Below, piece by piece: positions 51,870 to 64,000 of a stretch of 64,000 bases of DNA (positions are counted from its first letter, which is position 1; every line of letters starts with the position of its first letter). Position numbers and translations under genes: made by a program. The DNA is from Chara braunii (taxonomy: Eukaryota > Plantae > Charophyceae): assembly GCA_003427395.1 (NCBI GenBank), contig BFEA01000029.1, positions 2,431,185-2,495,184 on the forward strand, in the 5' to 3' direction. The notes beneath the pieces are model-generated. The model saw only the letters and a list, made by a program, of their open reading frames with translations. It did not search any database and was not told the DNA's origin.

Positions 51870-52799
51870 CTGGTAACGCCTCTAGTAGTTTTTTAAAGGT
51901 AAAAAATGGGCAGAAAAAATTTATGTTCTTGCTGTGTGTCTTTGAAGTTTTTGACACTGGTCACTGATGATAGAAAGAGTGGGTGACGTTGATGTAGTTC
52001 AGATGCCTCTTTCCACTAGAGCATGTGCAGAGAATAACCAAAATTGGCTCATGTTTGGAAATGCTGATACGTAGTAGGAGGATGTACACACCTTTTAAAC
52101 ACATGCCCTCGAGTGAAGATTGTCAAGTGTATAGACTTGCAATGCAGGCAGGACAGGCACAGTCCCTCCTGATCAACCATTTTTCTGCTTTTGCAGTTGG
52201 GCGTGGGGGGTGGTGTGGGATGGGGCGGTGGTCTGGATTGGGGGGAGGAGGGAGGGAGGGAGGGAGGGAGGGGTTTGAAACTGCTGGGAGGTGGGTTCAG
52301 CTTCACATCAATGACAGGTCGAATGCGTGTTTGCTACGACAGGGATGCAGAGCTTTTGAAGGAATGGCTTGCAAAATGAACATATTATCATCATATTGAC
52401 GTGATGTCGGTGAAGGTCATCCAATCCAACACGTGAAATTTGATGCACCATTTTAACTGGTTCCTGCACGTATTTTCAGTCAGATATTAATGGGAGGCCT
52501 AATGTACTCTCAGAAGAAAACAGCCAGTGGTTATATGCAGTGGCACACACACATGACTGCTGATAATGACACTAAGAGTTCAAACACTGACAGGTACAAA
52601 CACATCAGGGGTCACTGCTTGCCGTTTCTAATTAAAAAGAGGCCACTGTAGAAACTCAGAAGGTGTTTGCTTGTATATTCAAGTGTTGTTCCCTCGGACG
52701 AAGCATGCGCTCTATGATGATGTAGTTAATACTGTGATATTAAAACCTCTGGCTACATTATTACAATTTTGAGTTTTACATGTTTGTTTGTGCATTCAA

Positions 52800-55790
52800 G
52801 ATAGCCTCCACGCCCTGACACAAGTCGTTCACTTATTTTAGTAAGCGGCCGGCATGAAAGTCAACTAGGATGGTGGCTCACCCTCAGGGAGAGCCCCCGC
52901 ACCTTCATCCGACTGTTGGATGCGCACGGAAGGAAGATGCCATCAGAATCCTTAGGGTGAGACTTACTGCAATGGGTCCTCCACATGACCACGGGGATAT
53001 GTTAGTCAACTTGGCAGTAGATTGACTGACAAAATGGGAGGGGTTACACACTTCGCTGGTGGGGCGGGCCCTGGCAATAAACAATGCAATATTAGCGGCC
53101 ATCTGGTACAAAGTGGTTGTCTGGCCGCTGAAGCCAAGACAATATACCAGGTTGAGAAAAGCCTTGGCCTCGTATCCACGGAAGAATAGTGCCAAGGTCC
53201 AGGGGTGTGTGCATCGATAGAGTTGGAAAACCCTCACCCAACCAAAGTCCAAAGGGGGGTCAGGGATACTGGACCCAGAGAGCGAGAGTGAAGCCTTAAT
53301 CTTCAAGGTCCTCGTTAGACAACTCGTGGGGGAGCGGCATTCCATGGCCCCTCCTGGCTTGCTTGCAGATTGTCAACCTGGCCTCGGAATAGCTAACAGC
53401 CAACACTCTGCGCCTCTTCTGGTGGCTGACAAACAAGCACTGATCGATTCCCGCCCCCTGCGACAAACGCAGGCGGATACCCCGGTACAAGCAGCGAGGA
53501 TGGACCGGCTCCTGGACCCTTGTGGGCACGTGGTCCACAGCAGAAACAGTCCGTCAACAGATGGCACAACATATGGAGACAGATGCTCTTTGGCAACCCC
53601 TATGTATTGGACAAGGACGGTGGTGCCTTCTTGTTATCAACAAACTCACCCTGACTTACTTGGGCAAAAAAAGGCATTTTTACAGTGGGGTACCCGTGGG
53701 ACCCGCGCAAAGGAGACACGGCCATGACAGATCAGCTACAGTTCAAGCTGAAATATGCCAAAAATGTGGAGGCCGAAGCTGTCAAATTGAGGGAGGCTCT
53801 CCCCTTAACGTGGCGGCTAGCCCTCAAGGAGGGTCCCACAGTTCGCCATGATGACTGGGTGGTTAGGCACGCAGACCTGCCCCTCCCGTTCACAGTATTT
53901 AGGGTCCAACAAAACAAAGTCGGATTGTGCTCACTGGAAGCCTATGAGCCTAACATGCCAGGAGCCAGATTTTCCAAACTCGCATGAAACGAAAATCTTG
54001 ACGGCAATGAAAGTCGGGTGGGCCTCATTCGCATATGTGTGATAGAGGACCACCAGGAGGGCTTTGTTTTGTACGAGCCCACAATGCCACTTGCCAGGTT
54101 ACCTTTCGACCCGGGGGAATGGGAGTGGCCCGGGCCGAAACCAATGCACATATGGGACTACTCTGCCAAAGGGGGATACAAAGCCTCCAGCCCACCAGTA
54201 ACAATTGACCACACTCTATCTAATAGTTGGGCGCGAGACTCACATATGGACTTGCAGTTGATGGAGGGCTTGCCTGGGGCCAAGTACTCCAAGATCATGC
54301 CTACGAATCTCAGAGCACTGCAATGGCAAATCCTCCACCGCTGCTTGCCCACCTCGAACTGGCTAGTGTCAAGAACAGACCTTGAACAGAAGGGGCTGTT
54401 GTCGCACATGTGCACTTACTGTGGCAGGTTGTCGCCTCCGGCTCGGGCAACACTGGAGCATTGCCTGCTGGCCTTCCCAATGGTCACCCAATTGTGGAGG
54501 TGGTGGGATGCACCATTCCACTCTCTTACAGGCTGCCACGTCCCATGGGACATTGGACACTTGTTGCTCGACAAGAACCAACATTTGATGGTGCAATGTC
54601 CCTTGGCCACCAACCTCTCCTTTTATATGAGACTGTAGGTACTTATGCTTTGGAGAGCCAGATGTTCCTTTCAAATGAAAAGCCACCAATTCGGGTTGCA
54701 GAGCCATAGAGGAGGAGATCAGAATGAGAACCCATGAGGCCTGGAAAGCTTTATCAGGGATTATCGGGAGGAAAAGGAGCCCGGGCAAGGAAGTTCTCCA
54801 GGAATCCTACCACCAACTATGGCAGGACACTTTCGAATTGTTTTCTGAATTGGATGCTGCCCACAACATATGATGGAAGTTGTGGAGGACATCAGATTCA
54901 TCCTGACAAAGAAAACCCCTTAGCGGTTTCGAAGTCCCCTTCCTCCCAACTAATTTTGTGCTAGTATTTGATCACCAGTTTGGTCCTTCCCTGTCTCCCC
55001 TGCCCCCTCACAGACAGCCGCAGTCACCGTCCCCCCCCCCCCAGCCACTTCCTCTCCCCCTGCCACCCCCTCGCAGCCACCCTCGGCTTTCAACCCCCAC
55101 TCTTGCTCCTCAACCTTCGCCCTGCCCCCCCTCACCGCGTCCGCCCCCCAGCATCATCAGCGGTAGCGGCTCCGGTCAGAAGAAGACATGGGAATCTCCT
55201 GATAGGAGGCGGGCGGCTGGAATGAGACAGGATGGAGTATACTGGCAAGAAGGTGACCAAGGACGAAGGAACCCTGGCTTCAGGACAGATAAATGGTAAT
55301 GGCTGGGGCGGGTGTAGTAAATGGTTTCAGCAGCCACAATATGACATGGTCTAAGTGGGCCCGATACTACAAATGGTCCAAATGCAAGACTCCAACGCAG
55401 GAACAGGAAGGGTTTCTTGCTGAGGGGATTGGGGAGATCTGCCTCCAATTCCCTCAGCAGCAGACATGTGGTCTGTGCATGCTACCACTCAATTTAGACT
55501 CAATGTAGGCTGTCAGGTTGGCAAGCAAATAAGGCAATTATGTAAGCTCTACTTCCCTATTTTCTGTACTTTGTAGGTGAGCCCTGCAGCTGACTGTCAT
55601 CACAGTTATATGTCTGATCAAGCAAATAGCTACAATGTTGAGGGATGCTGGACCCGCTTTCCAGCAGCTGCTGCTCCCCACCAATAGATGGAGTCTCCCT
55701 GGGAATGCTAGTGGTGCCTGCTCTTACCAGCACCCCTAGCATCCACTCGGGTTGTTGTTTGTAAGAAACAAAAAAACAAAAACAAAAAGA
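52800..55790 (+). mobile_element. 5'-truncated L1-clade LINE (post-RT ORF2, 3' UTR, A-rich tail)
   Basis: SLVGRALAIN, PKSKGGSGILD, LQWQILHRCLPT..CTYCG..TLEHCLL; hairpin motif 55642-55744; A-rich tail about 55763-55790. Confidence 0.85.
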
Positions 55791-57469
55791 GTAAAATGGG
55801 AGTGTTGTGTAGTGGAGTGAGGCCCACTATCCCTCCTCCATGGGATGGTAAGAGTCATGCCCTCTGTAGCAGAGCTTATATATGACTCTCTTCAGACGGC
55901 TGGGGTTAACTGCGCCCGCGGTCCCTCCATTCTTCCCCTTTTAGTCACCCAAAAATGAAGCACCCAAAACAGTGGGGAGGGAAGGGGTGCAGTTAACCGC
56001 ACCCTTTTTTAAGAGATCTCAAAGGGGTTTCTAACTGTCTATTCTTGTTTCCTTTTTTTTTCGTACCCTACTCTTGTAATAATTATTTTACGAAACCTAA
56101 TGAGTCGATAATGCGATAAAACATATCATCCTCCATCTTGTAATTACTTCTTCCACCTTATTTATGTTATACTCTAGAAGAGGATTCCGTTGTTCTTGGT
56201 TTTATCAAATGATGAGTGGTGTCTCAAATCCCTTCCGTATGTGAGAGGCGGACCTCCCCAAGACTTGTTACGAACAGTCGGCCGCCAAAGCCTATCTGAC
56301 CCATGAAAAAGAGAAAGGAATAAAAAAAAAGAAAAAAGAAAAAAAAGAAAAAAAAAGGATTCCATCGTTTACAGCTCAGTTTGTTTGAAAGGGGGGGGGA
56401 AGGGGGAAAAAGGGTAGTACCATCTGATTTTCTACAAGGCGAAAAGTATCATATCGTTAAGTCAGCGATCTGTTATGGAGGGGGCGCCTCTTCCATCCTA
56501 AGGAGGGCTAATCAGTTCGCTGCCTCTGCACATTTCATGCGTACTCAGTAAGTCATCTTAAACCACCACTACTTCCGAGCCTCTTTTTTCCCAAGGCTGC
56601 AAAGGCCCTATGCTCCCCGAAAAAAAGAAGACCTCCGTTTGGCCGGCGTCAAATGGCGTCAATAGCCAGTCTTTTCCAATAGGCCGGCCCCTGTAACTTG
56701 TTGCGGGTTAATGGCTGCTGAGAAAAACATGGCTGCACAGAGTACAGGTGGTCTAAATTTGAGATCTAATATTTCCGTTGACGCGTCCATCGATAAAGGA
56801 AGTTGTGCACTTTTTCCTTTTGTGAAGTTTTGTCCATTCAAGTGTCCCCCTCAGTACCCGGCGCACGATTGGCAGCTACAGATGTTAAATATAAGAATGA
56901 GAAAAAAGACATGCTGCACTCACTGCACTCCACATCATGCACATGATTGGAAGTTGCATAACGATCTTACTAATCGAGCATAGACATAAAAGCTTGGGCA
57001 TTTTCCTAATTGGGAAGCATCCGATTGGTATCCAAAATTTGGGCATTTGGCACACGAGGGTGTAATTTTCATTTCCTTAACCACGGAGAATCAATGTGCA
57101 ACAGTCATAGATAGAGCCTCCAACGGGAGTGCCAGCTCCTACCAGCACCGCTAGCATTAGCTCGGGTTGTTTCTCTCGCAATAAAATTGAAAAAACGGGA
57201 GTGTGAACGGTGCGTTCTCCCACCAGCACCCCTATAGCTCGGGTTGTTTTTCAAAAAATAAAAAAAACAGTCAAGCGGCTAATTGTTTATGGCCAAAAAG
57301 CAAATCTCTGGTGTCTGCTCTGAGAATCATTTTGGCAGTCGATGCTCCGCCGGTTATTCATGTGACTCGTTTGAATTCGTCATTGATTCTGCAATTTGTC
57401 ACCAGCCTTCCGAGTCTGACAATTTTGCCAAGCTGTGGAACCTTCTTTTAAAAAAAAAAAAAAAAAACA

Positions 57470-58320
57470 GAGCCAGCTGCTCAGCTAGGAGAGGTGATAA
57501 GAGCACCCCCTCCTAGCTGGGCTCCTGGTTGCTCCAGGCTATTGGTCGGGGGCTACAACTGATGGAAACCGGGTCCAGCGTCACTTTGTATATCAACAGT
57601 CGGAGAGTACCCTCCTGCCAGCATTGATTGCCCTGGAAATCAGGTGATGGACTGCACAGAAGGCAAAGAAAAGAGAAAGATATTGAGAGAAGGGAGGCAT
57701 CTTCAGCCCTACAGCTGTCCTGACGACCGCTGATCACCTATCCTCCCTTCATCCCTTCTGAAAGCAGCAGTGTGTCTTGTATAGCTCATGACCTGGTCCC
57801 CCATGTACTCCATGTCCTCAGTGGCGTGCAGCCGCTTCATGTTGCTAGTGTCACGCCCCCGCGGCTCACCTGGAGATAACACCTTGGTCAGTTTGGGATT
57901 ACAGCCAGAGAAAGGGGGTGAGGCGCGAAGGGGTCCGGGAAATCAGACGGGGGTCTCATCGGGAAGGAAGGCTCAATATTGGTCCAGTCATTGAAGGCCA
58001 GGTTATATCCCCTGGAGGGACCCTGCTCTGTCAAAGCAACCCGGTCCCCCCCCCACTCCACCCATGCTATCCATCCCTTCCGCTGTCCCCCTTGCCAGAC
58101 CGTGCAGAAGGACGTAATTACCCTCTTGATATCCTGGTCGGTCAGAACGATGTCCAGCTGAGGTTTGAGCTTGCACCACCTTTCTGTTATCTCCAACTCA
58201 ATGAGCTATTTGACCTGCCCTGTCAGTTCAGGGCCCTCTACCCTGACCTCTTCCAGAGCCAGGGTACAACGCTGCCACCACAGCACCCATAGGATTGTGT
58301 GTCTACCTAATCTGTATAAC
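57470..58320 (-). mobile_element. LINE 3' fragment
   Basis: ORF2 C-terminal-like peptide (57888-58196) and conserved 3' hairpin motif at 57482-57584. Confidence 0.6.
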
Positions 58321-58419
58321 ACCACGAATGGTACTTGCCAAAGCTCCCATGGAACCAAAAATAGGCCATGGACTTAGATCAACTAAATGATAAGGATGCT
58401 TTTGAGAACTCAGACTCAT
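58321..58419 (-). pseudogene. cox3: NUMT: 5' fragment of mitochondrial cox3
   Basis: [30 protein letters not shown]; ATG about 20 nt after the cox2 stop. Confidence 0.9.
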
Positions 58420-58438
58420 TGTTTCGCTCCTTTGTTGT

Positions 58439-58786
58439 TTAGTCTAATTTATTAGACACCCAAGAAACATAATCATTGAAAGAGACATATTCCACTACAG
58501 TAGGCATAAAGGCATGATTGGTACTACAAAGTTCACTACATTGACAATAGTAAACTCCTCGTTTGATAAAGATAAAAGTCCGATTTAAACGACCATGTAC
58601 AGCATCACATTTGACACCTAAGGAAGGTAGTATCCAACTGTGAAGTACATCAGCAAATATTATAATCATACGAAAATGAGTTTTGGCTGGTACAACCATT
58701 CGATTATCTACTTCTAATAAATGTAAACCCGATTCTATATCATCCTCCGAAATCGTATAACTATCAAAAGTAAGTGATTGTTCATT
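58439..58786 (-). pseudogene. cox2: NUMT: 3' half of mitochondrial cox2
   Basis: EQSLTFDSY...[15 protein letters not shown]...[20 protein letters not shown]...CSELC..NHAFMP; conserved Gly/Pro residues mutated. Confidence 0.95.
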
Positions 58787-59057
58787 TGAATAACACTTGA
58801 CCTCCCCCGTCTTACCGTGGCTGATGGCACGGAGTTAGCCAGGGCTTCTTCTTGGGTTTTTGTCATAATTTCACTACCGATGAAAGAGCTTTACAAGATA
58901 AATCCCCTTTTTCACTCGCGCGATATTGATGGATCAGGCAGTGCGGGCTCTCGTAGGAGTTTGGGCCATGTCTCAGTCTTAATATGGCTGCTCATCCGAA
59001 AAGACCAACTAAGCATCATCGGCTTGGTCAGTCTTTACCTAACCAACTACCTATGAT
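58787..59057 (-). pseudogene. rrn18: NUMT: fragment of mitochondrial small-subunit rRNA
   Basis: Degenerate SSU motifs on minus: GGCTAACTCCGTGCCATCAGCCACGGTAAGACGGGG (515 region) and GACTGAGACATGGCCCAAACTCCTACGAGAG (338 region). Confidence 0.88.
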
Positions 59058-59589
59058 ACCATTTTTCGATGTCGAGCGCATCGGTCCCGCGGGGGGACCC
59101 TCCCGACCGCGCCATGCATGATTCGTGCAGGACTTTCTTACCGCAGTGCAGTGGAGCTTATGTCGCCGCTCTGGTCGAGTGCGCCAACCATACCTCTCGC
59201 CAACCCCTACGTCAGGATAGGGCCGCTCGAGGTTCAACTTACCTCCGCTTAAGAGGCTGTCACCACCCTTGAACAGGCGTATCCCCGCCGAGCTACCGAA
59301 CCACGTGTGAAAGCTAATCAATTGCAATCGCAAAGGTGGCGCAGCCAAGGGCGTTTCTCGAACGTTGTAGCATAGGGGGCACGCGTGGTCCCATGTCTCT
59401 ACCGGACCGTACGCGAAGCGACGCATTGGGGGCCCAAGTCCCAACCGGGACTCGTCGCCGGTCGACTAGGACGCATCCTTCTGACCAAGCGTCATACCAC
59501 GCGAAAACGAAAGGTCAAATCACTCACACAAAACAAAACACTCCTAGTCCCTTTAGAACCAAACCCATAACCTTTTGACACTGAAGTTG

Positions 59590-61070
59590 GTTAGGCGTCG
59601 CGCGGGAGGCTCAAAATAAATATTGCGCGAACGCAAATTCACTTATGTCGACTAGCCATGTATGAATACGCAACCAGTCGCAGTGATGACATATTATGTA
59701 GTATCTATAATCTTGTGGCCCTCCGTGGTCTTGAGGGTCACGTTTGACACTCAAGTGTCGACTGACACGCGCCTTGAGGGGTTAATCTCTCGACGCTATG
59801 CAACCTCCAAGGCGGTTGAGACCCACACCCTCTTCTGGACCCTGCGGAGAGTGAGTCGTAGACAAGTTCTGACATATCATGGCAGTCAACGCTTATGGTC
59901 GTGGAGAAGAGCTCCATCATCCAGGGTCTGGAAAGAAGTCAAGCGGTTTGACTTTGACGGGTGTCATGAACTTTAACATCCGACTATAATTAGTGTAAAA
60001 AACAAAAGGAAAAAGTTGCGTAGCACGGCGAACGTGTTCGCGGTGCTTCCCGTCCGCGCGAACGAGTCGCGAACACGTTCACGAGAACGCGTTTTTGGAG
60101 GCCGTGAACGTCGTTCGGGGGGCCGGTACCGGTCGCCGGCGGTGGTTCTGGCGGGGGTTATGGGGCCTTGGGGTGCGTCATTGTGTGTGGGTGCGTCAGT
60201 GTGTGCGTGGGTGTGTCAGTGTGTGTGTGTGTGTGTACCGTGTGTGTGTGGGTGTGTCAGTGTGTGTGTGGGTGTAGTGTATGCGTAAGTGTGTGCGTGG
60301 GTGTGTTAGTGTGTGTGTGTGTGTGTGTCTGTCAATGCGTGTGAGTCAGTGTGTCACAATCTGCTGCAGTGTGTGTGTCAGTGTGTGCGTGTGTGTGTGT
60401 GTACCAAGTGTATGTGTGTGTGTGTGTATGTGTGTGTCAAACAATCTGTTACAGTCTGTCACAGTCTATGTGACAGACAGTCTGTCACAATGCACAGACA
60501 GTGACAGAGTTTGTCGGGTAGGGGGCACGCAGACTCTGTCACACTCTGTGTGTGCTGGCCACCAGACTGTGACAGCTGTGACAAACTCTGTCACACAGAC
60601 TGTGATAGACTCTGTGTCAGCTGGCCCCCACCAGTCTGTGGGCGTCAATGTCTGTTGGGCACAGTTTGTGTGTGCAGCCCAACAGACTATCTATCACAGA
60701 TGTGTGTGCCACACATATGTGACAGATTGTCTGTCACAGTCTGTGTGTGCTGCCCAACAGACTTGCTGTGACAGACGGTGACAGAAAGTCTGTCACATAT
60801 GTGTGGCTGGTAGGGGGCGACACACACAGACTGTGATAGACATTCTGTCGGGGGGGTGGGGGGGGGATAGGGTGGATCTAGTGGGGGGCAACACCATTGC
60901 AGAGATGATGGATCTGCAGATACCGAGGGGGTTCAGGGACACCACCTATGCCCTCCCCACCTCTATATATATATATTCGCGTTCAATGTTTTTCAGAGCC
61001 TGTTTGCGTTCGGGCGAACGTGTTCGCGTTCGCTGCAGAACGCGAACGAGGTGCTCCGCAGGGTAAAAGG
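59590..61070. mobile_element. Probable non-autonomous DNA transposon with CGAAC/GTTCG subterminal repeats and internal (GT)n / TGTCACAGA arrays
   Basis: Inverted similarity between about 59606-59637 and 60975-61013; exact ends unresolved. Confidence 0.4.
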
Positions 61071-61825
61071 GTTTTTCCGTTTTCTCTCAACGCAAAATCA
61101 ACCCAAATCTTACGCACGGTTATAGTAGGCCGCGCAGACACTCGATATATGCATGTATATAGAGGGTTATGCAACACGAGACGATCACTTCTCACAATCA
61201 CAGTGTGACTTCCTTCATAAATATATATGTGATCACAGACAAGTTAAATCCAGAGTCCGAATCACAATCATACATGAAATCATATCAAAGATTCAACCAA
61301 GAGTTCACGCACTACACGGGGTCAACTTCAACCACTCTCTTCACTCATACCCTTCGCTTTAGCTGAACCAGCCTCACCCTTTGTCAAACCGTCAATAACA
61401 AAACACTTTGTACCTTTGTTAAATGACCATTCAATAAAGTCTGGGTGAAAACCCAACGAAACAATTCAAACCAGGGAAGCTAAAGCCTTTAGGTTGAGTG
61501 ACAAGAGTGAATTAGTTGACGAATCGGCAACCGATCTGTTATCAGTGATAACAGGAGATGATCCTCGTGGGATCAAATTGAGACTAATCCAATCCTGAAT
61601 TGAAGTGATCGAAGAGAACCTGTAACACAACATAGGTCAAGCCCCAAGACCAAACTATAAGTGTACGGAGAATAAACCTATATATCATATGCTTCACTCG
61701 AGTCCTTCGCATAGCTAAGTCTGAATCTATCTCTAAAGAAGTCCCGAAGGAAGAGAAAGATTTTTCCAACATCTCCCCTTCACAGGGTGGACTGTTAAAA
61801 TCTTTCCTATTATAATATAATCGTG

Positions 61826-62110
61826 TTTTTTGTTTTTTTTTTTTTTAAACAAGTGCTCTAGTCTATTCGTGAGGAGCACCACGTGCTGGGAACCGGGCCC
61901 AACGTCCCATGTCGAATTGTATGGATCATTGAGAACATTTGAGATCATTTGAAATACCGGGGCCATTACCCGGCTTCGGCTGAGAACAGTCTGTGAATAC
62001 GATGTGATTCAGAAAGCATGGGGAGGATCATGCATATTTAATGACCTATTAATGAACTTCTCATGCAATAGGTTGTCACAGAGGTCTTACGAATGCTCAC
62101 AACCCTTAGG
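61826..62110 (-). mobile_element. Short LINE 3' end with poly(A)
   Basis: Poly(T) about 61826-61846 next to the hairpin motif at 61855-61908. Confidence 0.6.
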
Positions 62111-62114
62111 ATCC

Positions 62115-64000
62115 TTTTTTTTTTTTTTAATGAAACTCGACAGAGTTGATAGTGGTGGTGATACGATCATCCACCACTATCAGCCCAGCTACTGAATCCT
62201 TTCTATTGGTGGGGAGTTGCACCTGCTGGAAACCGAGTCCCTCATACATATTAATACAGTTCATAACGGGAGAAAAAACTGTCTCTTCAGCCTAAATTTA
62301 AGCCGCCAGATATATATTTCGGCCCTAACATTAATATCTTCTGATTCACTCTGAGGGCCTATACCGACCGAACCTGGTTTGAGAACTATGTTACTTCTAT
62401 ATTATAAACCATATCATTGCAAATCAACCAATGCCAAATTTGAGGGAGGGAAGGGATCGGGGAAGTAATCTAAAAATTTGAGTGCGGCTCCTGAGGGAAG
62501 TGTAAACAAGTCCACGAAGCACAAATGGTAGTCTCTCTTAAGGGATATCCCCTCTTCTTCCCTTCCTGGCCATTTCACTTCTCTCAAGCTTCCTCCTTCA
62601 GGACCCTCCGGCCAGTCTTGATTAAATTTTTGAATACAAATTATGATATTTTTTTTGTTGCAATAGCTGTATCTTGGTCTTTACCTTTATCTAGTGTGCC
62701 CTTATTTATGTCTGCACGAATTGAACAATTAAGTTAGCAAATTCATTTCCTTCTATTTGTTCATTTTCTCTTTTATGAATACACCTTTTGTACCATAATG
62801 CCCATAAAATGACTTTCTAACCTAAATGAAACAAATTTGTACGGAATTTTGATTGTGTTTCCAGTGGTGTCCAATGACCCAAAAGGATGGCTTTCCAATC
62901 CCGTGTCAGTCAATACCCGACAGTGACCTCCATACACAGTCTCATCTTCTCCAAGTCAAAATCGATCCTGGGCATTAGATAAACACATGCTCTATTGTTT
63001 CTCTGATCTTCTTATGTGGAAAGACCGTAAGACATGCTTTATACCATGGAAGAGTCAAACTACGTTGCTCCAGACTAGTGTGATCAATAAGCCAATTATT
63101 TGTTGGTAGGCATCGATGAAGGATTTGTCATTGTAAGGAGGAAAATTTAGCTGGTCGGTTTTTAATTTTTTAAAGAATTTAATATTTTTAATGGAGTGTA
63201 CGTCAATATTCAGGTCGTCACCTCCACCCGTGGTCTCAACAAGCGATATGCTGCCTTCACCGTTAGAGTTTGCAATGTGCGAATTTGAGTTTTTTTCCCT
63301 GTTTTTCATACCCATTTTTCTAGGTCTGTAGGGAGGTCCGGAATTTGGCATTGCGCGTGAAAAACCCTCCATCCAATGGTCGCTGATATGAATATCACTC
63401 TAATTTTGAACATCGCCTTAAATGGGAAGAATTTTACTTTACTATTTGATGGAAGACGGATTAGGTGGTTTGCTGTTATTTTAAATAAGGTTACTAATGC
63501 TCCTTCATTTAGTACTGTCATTATTTGCCCTACCTGCCAATCTTGTGGATCTTGAGTAATTATTACAAAGTTGCCTTCTTTAAATTTTATCTCACTTCTT
63601 AATTTTATCACCCATGCGAGAGGGATAGAGCAGATGATGTGATCAAGATTTTGATCCAAATTACGCGCATAAGCAATTGTTTTTTTCAGCTGATCTGAAG
63701 ACTTCCATGCTTTCTTTTCCAGGTCCCAAATGTCTTTTATCGCATTACCCATTTTCTCACCCACTTAGACCATGGAGGAGTGGAGCAGTTATGCACACAA
63801 CCATTAATGTCCGTTATCCTTTTATTCCCCAAAAGTGGTTGTCTCAAAATCTTTTCAAAGCGTACTAGTGTAGGTTTATTTGGAAGAGGTAGTTTTCTTC
63901 ACGTCCTTAATAGGGACACTCATAGGTTATCCGAAAGTAGATCTCTACATATTGCAGCTCTTTCCGCTTCGAATTTTGAACGGGCAGAAGGATGAGGAAT
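62115..64000 (-). mobile_element. L1-clade LINE 3' portion (continues beyond the window)
   Basis: IKDIWDLEKKAWKS..ICSIPLAW..FKIRV homologous to the other ORF2 tails; hairpin motif 62135-62243; poly(T) 62115-62128. Confidence 0.8.

Noticed and set aside
51960-52450. Possible further exons of the phosphatase gene
   Set aside because: No recognisable homology in any frame, and it lies beyond the adapter junction.
58439-58699. Functional nuclear-transferred cox2
   Set aside because: N-terminal half absent, conserved residues mutated, fused to rRNA.
59290-59425. GAACCACGTGTGAAAG / GGACCGTACGCGAAG resembling reversed group II intron domain V
   Set aside because: The complementary GAGCCG arm is missing.

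Overview
Repeat-dominated eukaryotic nuclear DNA, most consistent with a charophyte green alga such as Chara (inferred from TE types, giant introns and an adjacent cox2-cox3 mitochondrial insert). One host gene can be reconstructed by hand, although the ORF track catches only pieces of it: a 5-exon, + strand Siw14/Oca-family (Oca6-like) phosphatase homologue (1524-23830) whose P-loop lacks the catalytic Arg, with introns of about 4.3, 12.3, 1.7 and 3.2 kb. Nearly everything else is decayed mobile DNA: a Penelope-like element with GIY-YIG placed before RT, two Ty3/gypsy elements (one complete, with chromodomain), many L1-clade LINE pieces, Tc2/pogo-type MITEs, tRNA-headed SINE-like elements, satellites and a chimeric NUMT (cox3/cox2/rrn18). 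25049-51210 can be read as one LINE split by nested insertions, one of which is a 5'-inverted LINE. The most novel signal is a covarying two/three-hairpin RNA motif shared by the 3' ends of at least five otherwise unalignable LINEs. A Nextera mate-pair junction adapter at 51235-51272 is an assembly artefact. All alignments and folds were done by eye; TE boundaries without a TSD or TIR are approximate.
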